Source: a virus. Taken from it: a stretch of DNA of 64,000 nucleotides. Each line of letters opens with the position of its first letter. Within the stretch, counting starts at the first letter, position 1. This document shows positions 30,007 to 39,527 of the stretch, one piece after another. The stretch is from the IMG/VR virus record IMGVR_UViG_3300028829_004140, positions 1-64,000 of that record. One strand, given 5' to 3'. The notes beneath the pieces are model-generated. The model had not been told where the DNA came from. It did no database searches and saw only the letters and a list, made by a program, of their open reading frames with translations. Made by a program: the position numbers and the translations under genes.

Positions 30007-30792
30007 ATGGCTAGGGTTGATGTTTCTATTTGTATAGCCACTTGGAACAAGGCAGGTCTTTTATCACAGACCTTAAAAAGTATTCGTAAACAGGAAACAA
30101 AGCTCAACTACGAAATTGTCGTGGTTGATGATGGAAGTTGTGATGGTACAAAAAAGGTTTGTCAGAGTTTTGATGTTGTTTATCATTATTTAGATAGACC
30201 TTATTTGTGCGGCTCTGCTACTGCAAGAAACATGGCTTGTGACATAGCCAAAGGTCGGGTTCTTATTATGCAGTCCGACGACGTTGTTCACATGTCCCCG
30301 TCCTATTCGTTGGGTGCTTGTAAGTGGTTACGCGATAATAAAGTTGGTGGTGTTATTTCTTGTGAAAACCTTAAATCTAGCATTGATAAACTTTATGAAG
30401 TTCCAGACAAGTCTGCCCATTTTGCCCCAGTTCTTAACGTTGCATACAACAGATCAAATCCAAAGGCTAGTAAAACACTTCGGTGGTATTGCAATTGGTG
30501 GAAACAAAAACGTCCTTTGTTTTTTCTAGGGTCAATGTCCAAGGATGATTTTTGGGCGATTGGCGGAAACGATGAAGATTTTACAAGGCCGGGATATGAA
30601 GACACATATCTTGGTGCTTTGATTACTAGGCTTTATGATGTTTATTTCAGGGATGATATCATAGGTTTTCACCAAAGTCATAAAGGAAGAATTAGTGGTT
30701 TTTTAGATATGAGAAAGTTATACGCAAAAAAGATTTTAAGTATTGATAGCAAGGTTGAAGGTTTAAGAAAAGAAATTTATGGAGAGGATTAA
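30007..30792 (+). CDS. Glycosyltransferase family 2 (GT-A)
   Basis: SICIATWN, EIVVVDDGS.DGT, ARN, DD, IGGNDEDF..PGYED motifs. Confidence 0.9.
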   Translation: MARVDVSICIATWNKAGLLSQTLKSIRKQETKLNYEIVVVDDGSCDGTKKVCQSFDVVYHYLDRPYLCGSATARNMACDIAKGRVLIMQSDDVVHMSPSYSLGACKWLRDNKVGGVISCENLKSSIDKLYEVPDKSAHFAPVLNVAYNRSNPKASKTLRWYCNWWKQKRPLFFLGSMSKDDFWAIGGNDEDFTRPGYEDTYLGALITRLYDVYFRDDIIGFHQSHKGRISGFLDMRKLYAKKILSIDSKVEGLRKEIYGED

Positions 30793-31892
30793 TGACAGCA
30801 TATTCGTCAGGAAAGGTTTTTCATCACAGAGATAGGATCGACCAGTTAAAGGCAGGGGAACAAACCGTGCCATTACAAGTACACTTTATAATCTCTGACC
30901 TTTGCAACCAAGATTGCTCTTTTTGTGCTTATAGAATGTCGGGCTACACCACTAATGAATTATTTAAAGTGGTTCATCCCGAAAGCGGTGAGATAAACAA
31001 TAATCCAAACCGTAAAATTCCTTACGAAAAATGTCTGGAAATTCTTGATGACTGTGCCGAAATGGGCGTTAAAGCAATTCAGATTACCGGAGGCGGCGAG
31101 CCTTCTGTTCACCCCGATCACACAAAGATCTATCAGGCTGTGCTAGATCGTGGTATGGAGCTAGGTCTGGTTAGTAACGGTGTGATATTCAAACCCGAAA
31201 CAATTCCTCTTTTGCTACAAGCTACTTGGGTTCGTTTTTCTGTAGACGCTGGTAATCCAGAGTCTTATTCACGTATCCGAAACGTCTCTGCAAAACATCA
31301 CGACAGAATGTGGAAGAACGTAACAGATCTTGCGGCAGAGAAGAAGCGTACAGGATCAGATCTGACGATTGGTATGGGTTTTGTTGTCACTGATGATAAC
31401 TGGTCGGAGGTTGGGCAGTTTGCGGAACTTGCGAAGAAAGCTGGCGTAGATAACATAAGGATTAGTGCAGTATTCCAGCCAGACAATGAAAAGTATTTTA
31501 CACAGTTCTTTGACAAGGCCGCTGAACTTTGTAGGGAGACAAAAGAAAAATATGAAGACGAGAACTTTGCCGTATTCAATAACTTTGGCGAGCGTTATGC
31601 CGATCTTGTTCAAGCTGCCCCAGACTACTCGTTTTGTGGTTATCAAGAGCTTGTGACCTACATTGGCGGCGATCTGAATGTTTATAGATGTTGTGTTACT
31701 GCCTACAATCAACAAGGAATGGTTGGATCTCTTGCAGATCAAAGATTTAAAGACCTTTGGAATTCAGAAGAGAAAAAGAAAAACTTCTCTTGCTTTGATG
31801 CTAAGAGTTGTGACAGATGTATGTTTAACAATAAAAACAAGACCATATTGTACGCTATTGACAAAGACCCTCAGCATGTGAATTTTGTATAG
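30792..31892 (+). CDS. Radical SAM protein with SPASM/twitch domain
   Basis: CNQDCSFC motif, ITGGGEP, and C-terminal C..GDLNVYRCC...GSL...LW...CDRC. Confidence 0.9.
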   Translation: MTAYSSGKVFHHRDRIDQLKAGEQTVPLQVHFIISDLCNQDCSFCAYRMSGYTTNELFKVVHPESGEINNNPNRKIPYEKCLEILDDCAEMGVKAIQITGGGEPSVHPDHTKIYQAVLDRGMELGLVSNGVIFKPETIPLLLQATWVRFSVDAGNPESYSRIRNVSAKHHDRMWKNVTDLAAEKKRTGSDLTIGMGFVVTDDNWSEVGQFAELAKKAGVDNIRISAVFQPDNEKYFTQFFDKAAELCRETKEKYEDENFAVFNNFGERYADLVQAAPDYSFCGYQELVTYIGGDLNVYRCCVTAYNQQGMVGSLADQRFKDLWNSEEKKKNFSCFDAKSCDRCMFNNKNKTILYAIDKDPQHVNFV

Positions 31893-32034
31893 GATAATTT
31901 AATGAGGCAAGTACCACCTCTTTTGCAAGAATCTTTAGGTTAAGTTATAGAAATAAAAACAATATGAAAAATAGAGAATTGCTGGTACTAAACGACATAA
32001 TAAATAATTATCTCCGTTGCTCTAGGTTGGAGAG

Positions 32035-34503
32035 ATGAATATGACAAATCCACATACGGTTGCATGGAACGCAATAAAAGATGAAATGCTTGGAGAGGTT
32101 TGTGAAGTTGCCCGCCGTGTGCCGTGGGGCTTTAAGGCTGATTATCCTTCTATACATAATGTCACTTGTGATCAGTTTCTTGAGACTGACAAGGTTTTTG
32201 GCACTGTTATTCTTCATATCTTGATTGGAGAAGGTGAGTCTTTAGATATTTTTGAAAAGGTGTTTCAACACGCCTACAAACACGCTCTTAAAGTAATTGT
32301 TCTAGAACATTCTCCATCTTCATCAGATTGGGCAAGAAATGATAATGTAACCGAAGAACGTATTGATTTCCTGCAAAACCTCCTAGATGAATCTGGTGAA
32401 AGGATTCGCACTAAAGACTTGGGAAGAAATGTTGTTCATCTATTTACTACAGTAAAACCTTTGTTTATAGATCAGATAAATGATAACTACATAAAAGAAA
32501 ATTTAAACAAGTCTTGGAAAGGAACGAAAAAAGCGGCTTGGTATTCCGATGGTTACTACACCCATACTAGCGAATCGTTAATCTCGCAAGAAATAATTGA
32601 TAAACTTCCTGTAGACAAGGATTTTTATTGGGTTATTGGGGGATTAATGTTTCTGGGGAATATTAACAATATACCAGATCACAGACATAAACTGATAGAC
32701 TCTGTTTTCAAACAATGTTTGATGGCAAGAATTGTAATAGATCCTGAGTCAGATGAGTTAATATCAAAAATAAATACCATTCAAGAAAATTTAGGCAGTG
32801 GTATTCTTTCAAAGATTAATTCTGCTCCTGTTTATATAGATGCTTTTGGTAACAAAAATCATTGGTGTAATTTTCACAAGATTCATGGTTGCGAGGATGT
32901 CCTTTATAAAATCTCTTCGATTGAGCATCTCAATATCTCGGATTTAAAAACTTCCGACCAAATAATTTACACTAGCACAGTTCCTCTTCCTGCTTACAAG
33001 CATCTGAAATTTAAAAACTGGGTTATTACCTGCACAGAGGGTATTAAATGGGATGTGCCTTGGCTGATGGAAAAAGTTGAGGAAGGTTACTCATCGCCAT
33101 TGAGAAAAAAACCTGCCGATTTATGGAATGAACAAAGATGGCAAAGATGGAATAAAGATAAGCGTAGAGGTAGAGGTCAAATACCTGACTATACGGCAGC
33201 CAAGAAGTTTATACAATCAGGGAATGATGTTCTTGATCTCGGTTGTGGCTTGGGGCGATCTGGTCAATATGCTTATAGCGAGGACGTTAAAAGTTTCACT
33301 AGCACAGATGTGAACTCAGAAGTTTTAAAATATGTTCCTAAGTATGGTGACAATCACCACGTTGTCACAGGGCTAGACGAATCTAAAAAGTATGATGTTG
33401 TTTTATGTATGGATGTTTTGGAGCATGTAGAGCACGATGTTTCATTTTTAAAAAAAATTGACTCCTTATCAAAAAATACCATAGTTATCACTACCCCAAA
33501 TTTCAATTATTCAAAATGTCGAAATCGCTACCACTGTAGAGAGTATCGTCCTGATTTCTTTGAAAGACTTATCAGAGAGACTATTCCTGCCGAAGAGTAT
33601 ATCTTTGATACCAATGGTGCAAAAATGACTGCCACTATACTCAAAAAAGAAAAACCCACCACTGTTCGTGTGCCTAAAAAAATATTTTTCTATTGGGGCA
33701 ATGACACAATGTCTTGGTTAAGATACATGACCCTATACTCCTTTAGGAGGTTTAACCCAGACTGGGAAATGGAACTACACGTATCCCATATAGATATAAA
33801 AAATAAATATTGGAAGACTCCCGAAGCTCAGGATTTTCATTCCTACGCAGGTAAAAATTGGTTGTCGGAAGTTGAAAAACTTGGAGTAACAATAAAAGAG
33901 TGTCCGGTATTTGTCGAAGGGGCAGGGCCATCTCACAACAGCAATTTTTTCAAGTGGAACGAACTAGCTACTAGCGGAGGTATCTACTCGGACATGGATA
34001 TACTTTTTATTAAGCCTATCGAGGAATACTACAACAATATCAAAGATCTAAAAACAGGAATATCATACAGCACCGAAGTTGCACACCGCAGTCACGGAGG
34101 ATACTATTCAATCGGATTCATGTTCTCTTCTGGTAACAATAGGTTTTTTAAAGATGTCTTTAACTTTTCTACAGAGCGTTATGATTTTAACAGTTATCAA
34201 GGTGCTGGAGTAGATCGTCTATACGAGATGCTGGAGAAAAATCGTCTAGGAATGAAACCATATCATAAAGGCTTATGCTACATACCTATGAATTTAGTTT
34301 ATCCTTGGAGACATTATCAGCAGGGCGATTTCTTTAATCACTGCCATACAACACTACCGGAAGAAACAATAGGGATTCATTGGTTTGCTGGACATCCAAA
34401 AGCACAAGAATTCAATAACGCGATTAACCCAGACACACTGGATAACCACAACAACACAATGTCACACTGGCTAGAAAAAATAATTGGACGTTATCAATTA
34501 TGA
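32035..34503 (+). CDS. Multidomain protein: unknown N-terminal modules + class I SAM methyltransferase + DXD (GT32-like) glycosyltransferase
   Basis: VLDLGCGLG and DVVLCMDVLEHV (methyltransferase). VPKKIFFYWG...GGIYSDMD (GT32/Gb3-synthase-like). Confidence 0.8.
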   Translation: MNMTNPHTVAWNAIKDEMLGEVCEVARRVPWGFKADYPSIHNVTCDQFLETDKVFGTVILHILIGEGESLDIFEKVFQHAYKHALKVIVLEHSPSSSDWARNDNVTEERIDFLQNLLDESGERIRTKDLGRNVVHLFTTVKPLFIDQINDNYIKENLNKSWKGTKKAAWYSDGYYTHTSESLISQEIIDKLPVDKDFYWVIGGLMFLGNINNIPDHRHKLIDSVFKQCLMARIVIDPESDELISKINTIQENLGSGILSKINSAPVYIDAFGNKNHWCNFHKIHGCEDVLYKISSIEHLNISDLKTSDQIIYTSTVPLPAYKHLKFKNWVITCTEGIKWDVPWLMEKVEEGYSSPLRKKPADLWNEQRWQRWNKDKRRGRGQIPDYTAAKKFIQSGNDVLDLGCGLGRSGQYAYSEDVKSFTSTDVNSEVLKYVPKYGDNHHVVTGLDESKKYDVVLCMDVLEHVEHDVSFLKKIDSLSKNTIVITTPNFNYSKCRNRYHCREYRPDFFERLIRETIPAEEYIFDTNGAKMTATILKKEKPTTVRVPKKIFFYWGNDTMSWLRYMTLYSFRRFNPDWEMELHVSHIDIKNKYWKTPEAQDFHSYAGKNWLSEVEKLGVTIKECPVFVEGAGPSHNSNFFKWNELATSGGIYSDMDILFIKPIEEYYNNIKDLKTGISYSTEVAHRSHGGYYSIGFMFSSGNNRFFKDVFNFSTERYDFNSYQGAGVDRLYEMLEKNRLGMKPYHKGLCYIPMNLVYPWRHYQQGDFFNHCHTTLPEETIGIHWFAGHPKAQEFNNAINPDTLDNHNNTMSHWLEKIIGRYQL

Positions 34504-35345
34504 AAACAATACCCAAACGAATATTCTTTTATTGGGGCAACAAGGAGATGTCTTGGTTGCGTTACATGACTTTATACTCTTTTAGAAAGTTTAACCCAGA
34601 CTGGGAAATTGAACTATATGTATCAGATGTAAAGGTTTTGAAGAAAATTTGGAAGCAGAATGTTGTTCAGGATTTTCATAGCTACAGGGGCAAAGACTGG
34701 ATGCCAGAGGTTGAGAAACTAGGAGTTGAAATAAAGGAGTGCCCTGTTTTTGACGAACGAGCAACACCAATTCAAAATAGTGACATTTTTAGATGGAACG
34801 AATTAGCTACCAATGCTGGTTTCTACTCGGACATGGACATACTTTACATTAAGCCCATTGAAGAATACTACCAGAAAATAAAAGGTTTTCAAACAGGCAT
34901 ATCTTACTATGTTGGAAAGCGTTCAAGGATATATACTAACTTTACTGGTTACTTTTCAATAGGTTTCATGTTTTCTGCTGGCAATAATAGATTTTTTGGA
35001 GACATTTTAGACTCGGTTATGGCAAAAAAAAATTTAATCGACTACCAGTCGGCAGGCGTTAACCCGTTGTATAATATGCTTGGTAACACGAAAGGTATTG
35101 ATAAATACCAAGAAGGTATGCATAATATCCCAATGAAGGTTGTCTATCCTTATAGGTCACATCAGGGGAGGGATTTTTTTAAAGTTCTTAATAATCATCA
35201 GATTCATGGTGACTTAACAATAGGAATACATTGGTATGCAGGCAAGCCAATAGCACAGAAGTTTAACAACTCCATTTCTCCAGAAACGTTAAATAGCCAG
35301 AGCAACACCATGTCACACTGGCTAAAGTATGTTCTAGACGCTTAA
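34500..35345 (+). CDS. DXD (GT32-like) glycosyltransferase, paralog of the C-terminal domain of the upstream gene
   Basis: IPKRIFFYWG..MSWLRYMTLYSFR.FNPDWE; AGFYSDMD. Confidence 0.8.
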   Translation: MKTIPKRIFFYWGNKEMSWLRYMTLYSFRKFNPDWEIELYVSDVKVLKKIWKQNVVQDFHSYRGKDWMPEVEKLGVEIKECPVFDERATPIQNSDIFRWNELATNAGFYSDMDILYIKPIEEYYQKIKGFQTGISYYVGKRSRIYTNFTGYFSIGFMFSAGNNRFFGDILDSVMAKKNLIDYQSAGVNPLYNMLGNTKGIDKYQEGMHNIPMKVVYPYRSHQGRDFFKVLNNHQIHGDLTIGIHWYAGKPIAQKFNNSISPETLNSQSNTMSHWLKYVLDA

Positions 35346-35350
35346 CCTAC

Positions 35351-35602
35351 TCACTCAAGTGCTGATTTTAGTTTAAGTTCTGTTACAGGTACGCTGCTGT
35401 CTTCTACTGTTTGAGCGGCTAAATAAGAGTTGTAAAGTTCTTCTGAAATCTTGTTCCTAATGATAGGTATATCTAACGTCAGAAAATTATTAACTGTTAC
35501 GGTATTATTTATATTTCCGTCTCGAAGAACAGAAACCGTAACCACATATCTATCTTCTGGCTTGAGTTTTTTTACAATATCTATAGCTTCATTTTTAGCC
35601 AT
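35351..35602 (-). CDS. Hypothetical protein (83 aa)
   Basis: AAGGA RBS; last gene of the minus-strand block, converging on the late operon. Confidence 0.6.
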   Translation of the reverse strand: MAKNEAIDIVKKLKPEDRYVVTVSVLRDGNINNTVTVNNFLTLDIPIIRNKISEELYNSYLAAQTVEDSSVPVTELKLKSALE

Positions 35603-35627
35603 GTTACTTTTCCTTAGTTATATAGTT

Positions 35628-35657
35628 AAAAAATAAGGCGATCAAAGACCGCCTTAT
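35628..35657 (-). terminator. Rho-independent terminator
   Basis: Minus strand ATAAGGCGGTC-TTT-GATCGCCTTAT followed by a T tract, 18 bp after the stop of 35676..36011. Confidence 0.75.
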
Positions 35658-35675
35658 AGTATTTAAACAGCTGAA

Positions 35676-36011
35676 TTACTCAACGGTTTTAGTTTGAGGG
35701 TTCCATCTAACCCAGCCACCATCAGGTAGCCAGTTACCGTCACCATCTTTTCGTTTAGGAAAAATTCCCCCTCCCTTTTTATTACTGCCAAAAGCTAATT
35801 TAGCACGACATTCAGGGTTCTTGCAAATAATTTCACGAAATTCGTTGTCTTGATTTTTTCTTACACCATATCTCAAGTCTACGCTTCCACATTTACCACA
35901 AGATTTGTGACCAAACACCTCTTGAAAGTCAGCGATAGCGTTAAAGTTTTCACCCAAATCGCCTTCAAGTTCCGCAGAAATTTCGCCACTACTTGTTACA
36001 ATAATCTTCAT
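35676..36011 (-). CDS. Small Zn-finger protein (CGKC...CKNPEC)
   Basis: Two Cys pairs; GGAGG RBS; downstream of the putative SSAP. Confidence 0.7.
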   Translation of the reverse strand: MKIIVTSSGEISAELEGDLGENFNAIADFQEVFGHKSCGKCGSVDLRYGVRKNQDNEFREIICKNPECRAKLAFGSNKKGGGIFPKRKDGDGNWLPDGGWVRWNPQTKTVE

Positions 36012-36013
36012 TG

Positions 36014-36796
36014 TTACCTCCAGTTTTCTTGAAAGCCTAAGATAGTATCAGGCTTTTCTTTTTCTTTAGTTTGATACTCATTTAAGACTCCTAGCATTTT
36101 AACTGCTGTCTTTTTAGAAACCTCCTCAATCTGATTATAATTAGCAACTCCCATGTTTACAAATTTCATCACATTGATGTCCAACTGTTTACATTTCGAT
36201 GTAATAAAACTAATCTGATAATCGTTGATACTGTCCCCTTCCTCCCATTCACCTGTAGTTTCCGCAATAGGAACGGATTGTTGTATGGCGCGTTCTACAG
36301 CTTCGGCAACGTCTTTCTTTGCAAGCTCTTCCGCCGCCAAGCATTTGACTTTAAGTGCTTTTCGTAAAGCTCTACCTTCTGCCCGTGTAGAAGCCGTAGC
36401 AACCGGATGCCCTGCGAACAAAGCGTCACAGTTGCCGTGCCATACATCTGCTACTTCTGAGTAAGTTCTTAGTTGTCCTGAGTTCATCCAGTCGATAACA
36501 ACCTCAAACACTACAGTTGCCCTTCCGGGACCGTTAGCGTCTGTCGAGGGCCACACCTGAGATGGTCTACTAACAACGATGTCTCCTAATAGTTCTTCCG
36601 CAACCCGTCTGAGTCCAGCGCAAACTGGATTGCCATCAAATAACTCATTTTTATGAAACTTACTCATAACATAATCATTCCAACCCTCTGATCCATATTT
36701 GGGACCATACAGCTCTTCGTCCTTTTCCTTGGCGACCTCTTCCTTTATACTATCTGCGTCAAAAAGAGAATCGTCATCTTGTCCTAGTTTATTCAT
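36014..36796 (-). CDS. Putative single-strand annealing protein (Rad52/Sak-like)
   Basis: GLRRVAE...RATVVFEV...VATASTRAEGRALRKAL resembles the A.T.A..RAL motif of Rad52-like SSAPs. Confidence 0.5.
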   Translation of the reverse strand: MNKLGQDDDSLFDADSIKEEVAKEKDEELYGPKYGSEGWNDYVMSKFHKNELFDGNPVCAGLRRVAEELLGDIVVSRPSQVWPSTDANGPGRATVVFEVVIDWMNSGQLRTYSEVADVWHGNCDALFAGHPVATASTRAEGRALRKALKVKCLAAEELAKKDVAEAVERAIQQSVPIAETTGEWEEGDSINDYQISFITSKCKQLDINVMKFVNMGVANYNQIEEVSKKTAVKMLGVLNEYQTKEKEKPDTILGFQENWR

Positions 36797-37566
36797 TTAA
36801 TCTCCAATTCAATAAGCCTTTGATGTTTAGGCGGGAACTTTTTCTCAATCTTTTTTATCTGTTCAGATACAGCGGACCATATCTTACGTTCTACAGATTT
36901 GTTCATACCTTTGCAAAGATATTTTAATCTGACAATACAGAACCCCTTTCCTATTAGTAAGCCGTTTTTAATGTTGTCCATTTTTATCACATTTTGCAGC
37001 TTTTCTTCTCCGAAGATGGGAAGAAAGTGCTGTGGTCCATCTATCTCTATTATAGTATTTAGCTCCGGTAAAAGCAGGTCAATTTCAAAATTTCCCTGAA
37101 CTAATCCTTTCTTATGCATAACTACCTGATAGCCCAAATCGTTTAGTTTTTTCTTTAAAAACTTCTCAGCCTTAGACCCTTCTATAGAAGAAATCCTCAA
37201 GGCACGACCGGCCTTTTCTTGCATTTCTCTTTTTTTCAATGGGTCGATTTTGTCCCACCTTTCTTTGGCAGCATCAGAGAAGGCTTTTCTGTCCAAGTCG
37301 TCCATCTTATCCCAAGACTTCTCTACGCCTTTGCTGATAGCCTCCTTCTCGGCCTCTGTGCGTTTCTTGCCCTTTGTTGGGTGTTCTAGCCTTCCTTTGT
37401 TTATTGCCTTCTTGGTTGCATCTGATCGACTTCTGAGCATGACCCCATGCTTCTTGAGTAGCCTTTCAATTTTCTTAGGGTAAGTGCTGAAATGTTCTGC
37501 TATTTCTGCACAACTAAGACCTTCCTCGTACTTCTTTGTTACTTCTTTTATATTTAGTTCTTTCAT
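36793..37566 (-). CDS. Putative homing endonuclease: HTH + NUMOD3-like repeats + Vsr/DUF559-type nuclease
   Basis: GLSCAEIAEHF..(HTH), KGKKRTEAEKEAISKG (NUMOD3), GSKAE...EIDLL...IEIDGPQHF. Start placed at the ATG at 37566 after AGGAG. Confidence 0.75.
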   Translation of the reverse strand: MKELNIKEVTKKYEEGLSCAEIAEHFSTYPKKIERLLKKHGVMLRSRSDATKKAINKGRLEHPTKGKKRTEAEKEAISKGVEKSWDKMDDLDRKAFSDAAKERWDKIDPLKKREMQEKAGRALRISSIEGSKAEKFLKKKLNDLGYQVVMHKKGLVQGNFEIDLLLPELNTIIEIDGPQHFLPIFGEEKLQNVIKMDNIKNGLLIGKGFCIVRLKYLCKGMNKSVERKIWSAVSEQIKKIEKKFPPKHQRLIELEIK

Positions 37567-37648
37567 TTTGTTTCTCCTAGTTTTTTCCAGACTGCCGTTT
37601 TTCAAGCGGTTATATTTTTGCCAAAGTCGCTATTCGTGTTGATCTGTT

Positions 37649-38308
37649 CTATGGGCATATTTCCCACTCCAATCTTCTAGTGAAAGGTAATTCGGGCCGG
37701 TCGTCGTAAAAGAAAAGTTTAGCCATTGGATTCATGGAGTCAACCAAATGAACAAACGAAGAATTTATACAGTGTATCTCGGTTGCACGTTCTATTACTT
37801 CCATCCAGTCAAACATACTTTTTTCGACAAGGGGTCTGGTTAAATGTATTTTCGGTAGCTCTGTTTGGATGTTTACGTTCGCTTTACCGGCACTTGCTAC
37901 ATCGTTTACTAATGCGAATCTAGGTGGAAGATTTAAATAATCCGATACTAGCTTTTCTTGCTTGTAGTCTCTTTCGATGTGAAAAGAGTCCCATCTATGC
38001 GAAAAATCAACACCGGCATGTTTGTAAAAAGTTTCATCAAAATTTAAAGTCCTATCTCCGTTTGCAAGCCACCCAAGGTTTACTTCGCCGTAAAACGTTT
38101 GATGACTTTCGGACACTGGGGCAAATGTTAAGTTTATATCTCTAAACATTCTCATTACATTATCTAGATTTGAATGTTTAACAACTAGAGTATTAGCCGC
38201 TCCCAACTCACTAGCCATAGGCATGAACCTTGTCGCAGAACCTAACTGCCTAACAAGACCATTGCATATAATATGATCGCCAAGACCTAAATGATGATGA
38301 ATAATCAC
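37649..38308 (-). CDS. Putative glycosyltransferase-like protein (HHHLGLGDHIICNG)
   Basis: GLGD motif and C-terminal EIHCINSSF, as in GT-B/GT9-11-like viral proteins. Confidence 0.5.
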   Translation of the reverse strand: MIIHHHLGLGDHIICNGLVRQLGSATRFMPMASELGAANTLVVKHSNLDNVMRMFRDINLTFAPVSESHQTFYGEVNLGWLANGDRTLNFDETFYKHAGVDFSHRWDSFHIERDYKQEKLVSDYLNLPPRFALVNDVASAGKANVNIQTELPKIHLTRPLVEKSMFDWMEVIERATEIHCINSSFVHLVDSMNPMAKLFFYDDRPELPFTRRLEWEICP

Positions 38309-38766
38309 TCCACTATCTCTCTTATTTGTTCTAGGTTCCAGTTGTCAACAATTCCTACCGGTTTCTTGTTGCAGAAATTTTCTATCATGTCTGCGTGTTC
38401 TTCGCTTCTGGCTATAAGTTTTAGTTTATCGTTTGATATCACTTCATACATTGCGTTGTAATCAGTTGGTATATTTAACCAGTTAAAATCCCATAGGTAC
38501 AGATACCGATCCATTTTTGTAGGCATTTTTAGCGATATTGCTGCGTTTTTTATCGACGTAGAAATTAACACACCTTCGTAACTGGAAAGAAAAGAAGAAA
38601 GCTTGTATGAAAAAAGACACTTAGTTACAGGAAGGCAGTGGGCGTTTACAAATGTTCCCAATGAAAGCTTTGTATTATCTAATCCCTTGTTCCACTCTTT
38701 GATTAAATAGAAGGCATTTTGTGAAGGTCCAAGGTTCTCCATAAAGGCCGATATGTTTTTTACCAT
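38305..38766 (-). CDS. Hypothetical protein, possible GT-B half domain
   Basis: Coupled gene inside the glycan cluster. Confidence 0.55.
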   Translation of the reverse strand: MVKNISAFMENLGPSQNAFYLIKEWNKGLDNTKLSLGTFVNAHCLPVTKCLFSYKLSSFLSSYEGVLISTSIKNAAISLKMPTKMDRYLYLWDFNWLNIPTDYNAMYEVISNDKLKLIARSEEHADMIENFCNKKPVGIVDNWNLEQIREIVE

Positions 38767-39527
38767 TATCTTTCCAAGTATTGATTCATTCTAACTTCTG
38801 TACCGGGAGGAATAAATTCAAATATTTCTCCAACAAAATGCTTGTACTCGTCTAGCGGATCTGGAAAGTCTTTTGCAAAACTTTCTGGCCTAAAGACCCA
38901 TTTGCTGCTGTCGAAGTCTTTGGCCTGATGAACCATAGAGGTTAATATGTTTCCTCCATACTTAGGGTAAATTACATCCCTAAGAAAATTCATGTCCACC
39001 ATTCCCCAAGAAGACTTGTCGTAATAACGATTTTCGGGAGTAACCCTTATTCCTTTGGAGGTCTGCCATTCGAGAAGTGCCTTATACATATCAATCCATC
39101 CACCTTGTATGCCCCACATTCCTCCGAGCATAGGATACCCATGATGGGGATGATCTCTCATTATATGTAGAATACTGCCGGAATCTACCCATTCTTTTAC
39201 AGCATTTGCTTCTCTTTGGGTTATTCTTGAGTCAGCATCTCTAAAAATTGTATAGTCATAATCATCTGCAACTATGAATCTCCAACTAACAGGAGCTATA
39301 GGTTGCCATCCTGCTCCCCAATTTGCATGTCGCCCACCCCTATGAACAACCGCATTTGGAAATTCTTCCAGTTTTAATAGGGTTTTTTCAGGAACCGAAT
39401 CGTCAGCACATATATTGACTGTCCATCCCGGATAGTATTTTTCCGCAAGGTTAATGTTTCTCAACATTCCTTCCGTATATTTAAACTTATCGCCCCAAAG
39501 GCTGAATGCTATCGCTTTTTTTGTCAT
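38766..39527 (-). CDS. Putative GT-A fold glycosyltransferase (FSLWG...RDADSR...HIMRDH)
   Basis: DxD motif (DAD) and a FSLWG/MRDHP signature seen in viral sugar-transfer-like proteins. Confidence 0.55.
   Translation of the reverse strand: MTKKAIAFSLWGDKFKYTEGMLRNINLAEKYYPGWTVNICADDSVPEKTLLKLEEFPNAVVHRGGRHANWGAGWQPIAPVSWRFIVADDYDYTIFRDADSRITQREANAVKEWVDSGSILHIMRDHPHHGYPMLGGMWGIQGGWIDMYKALLEWQTSKGIRVTPENRYYDKSSWGMVDMNFLRDVIYPKYGGNILTSMVHQAKDFDSSKWVFRPESFAKDFPDPLDEYKHFVGEIFEFIPPGTEVRMNQYLER

Noticed and set aside
31902-32038. Weak GAGG..CCTC-TTTT hairpin and a 24-codon ORF before 32035
   Set aside because: The stem is only 4 bp and the ORF is too short, with no supporting signal.
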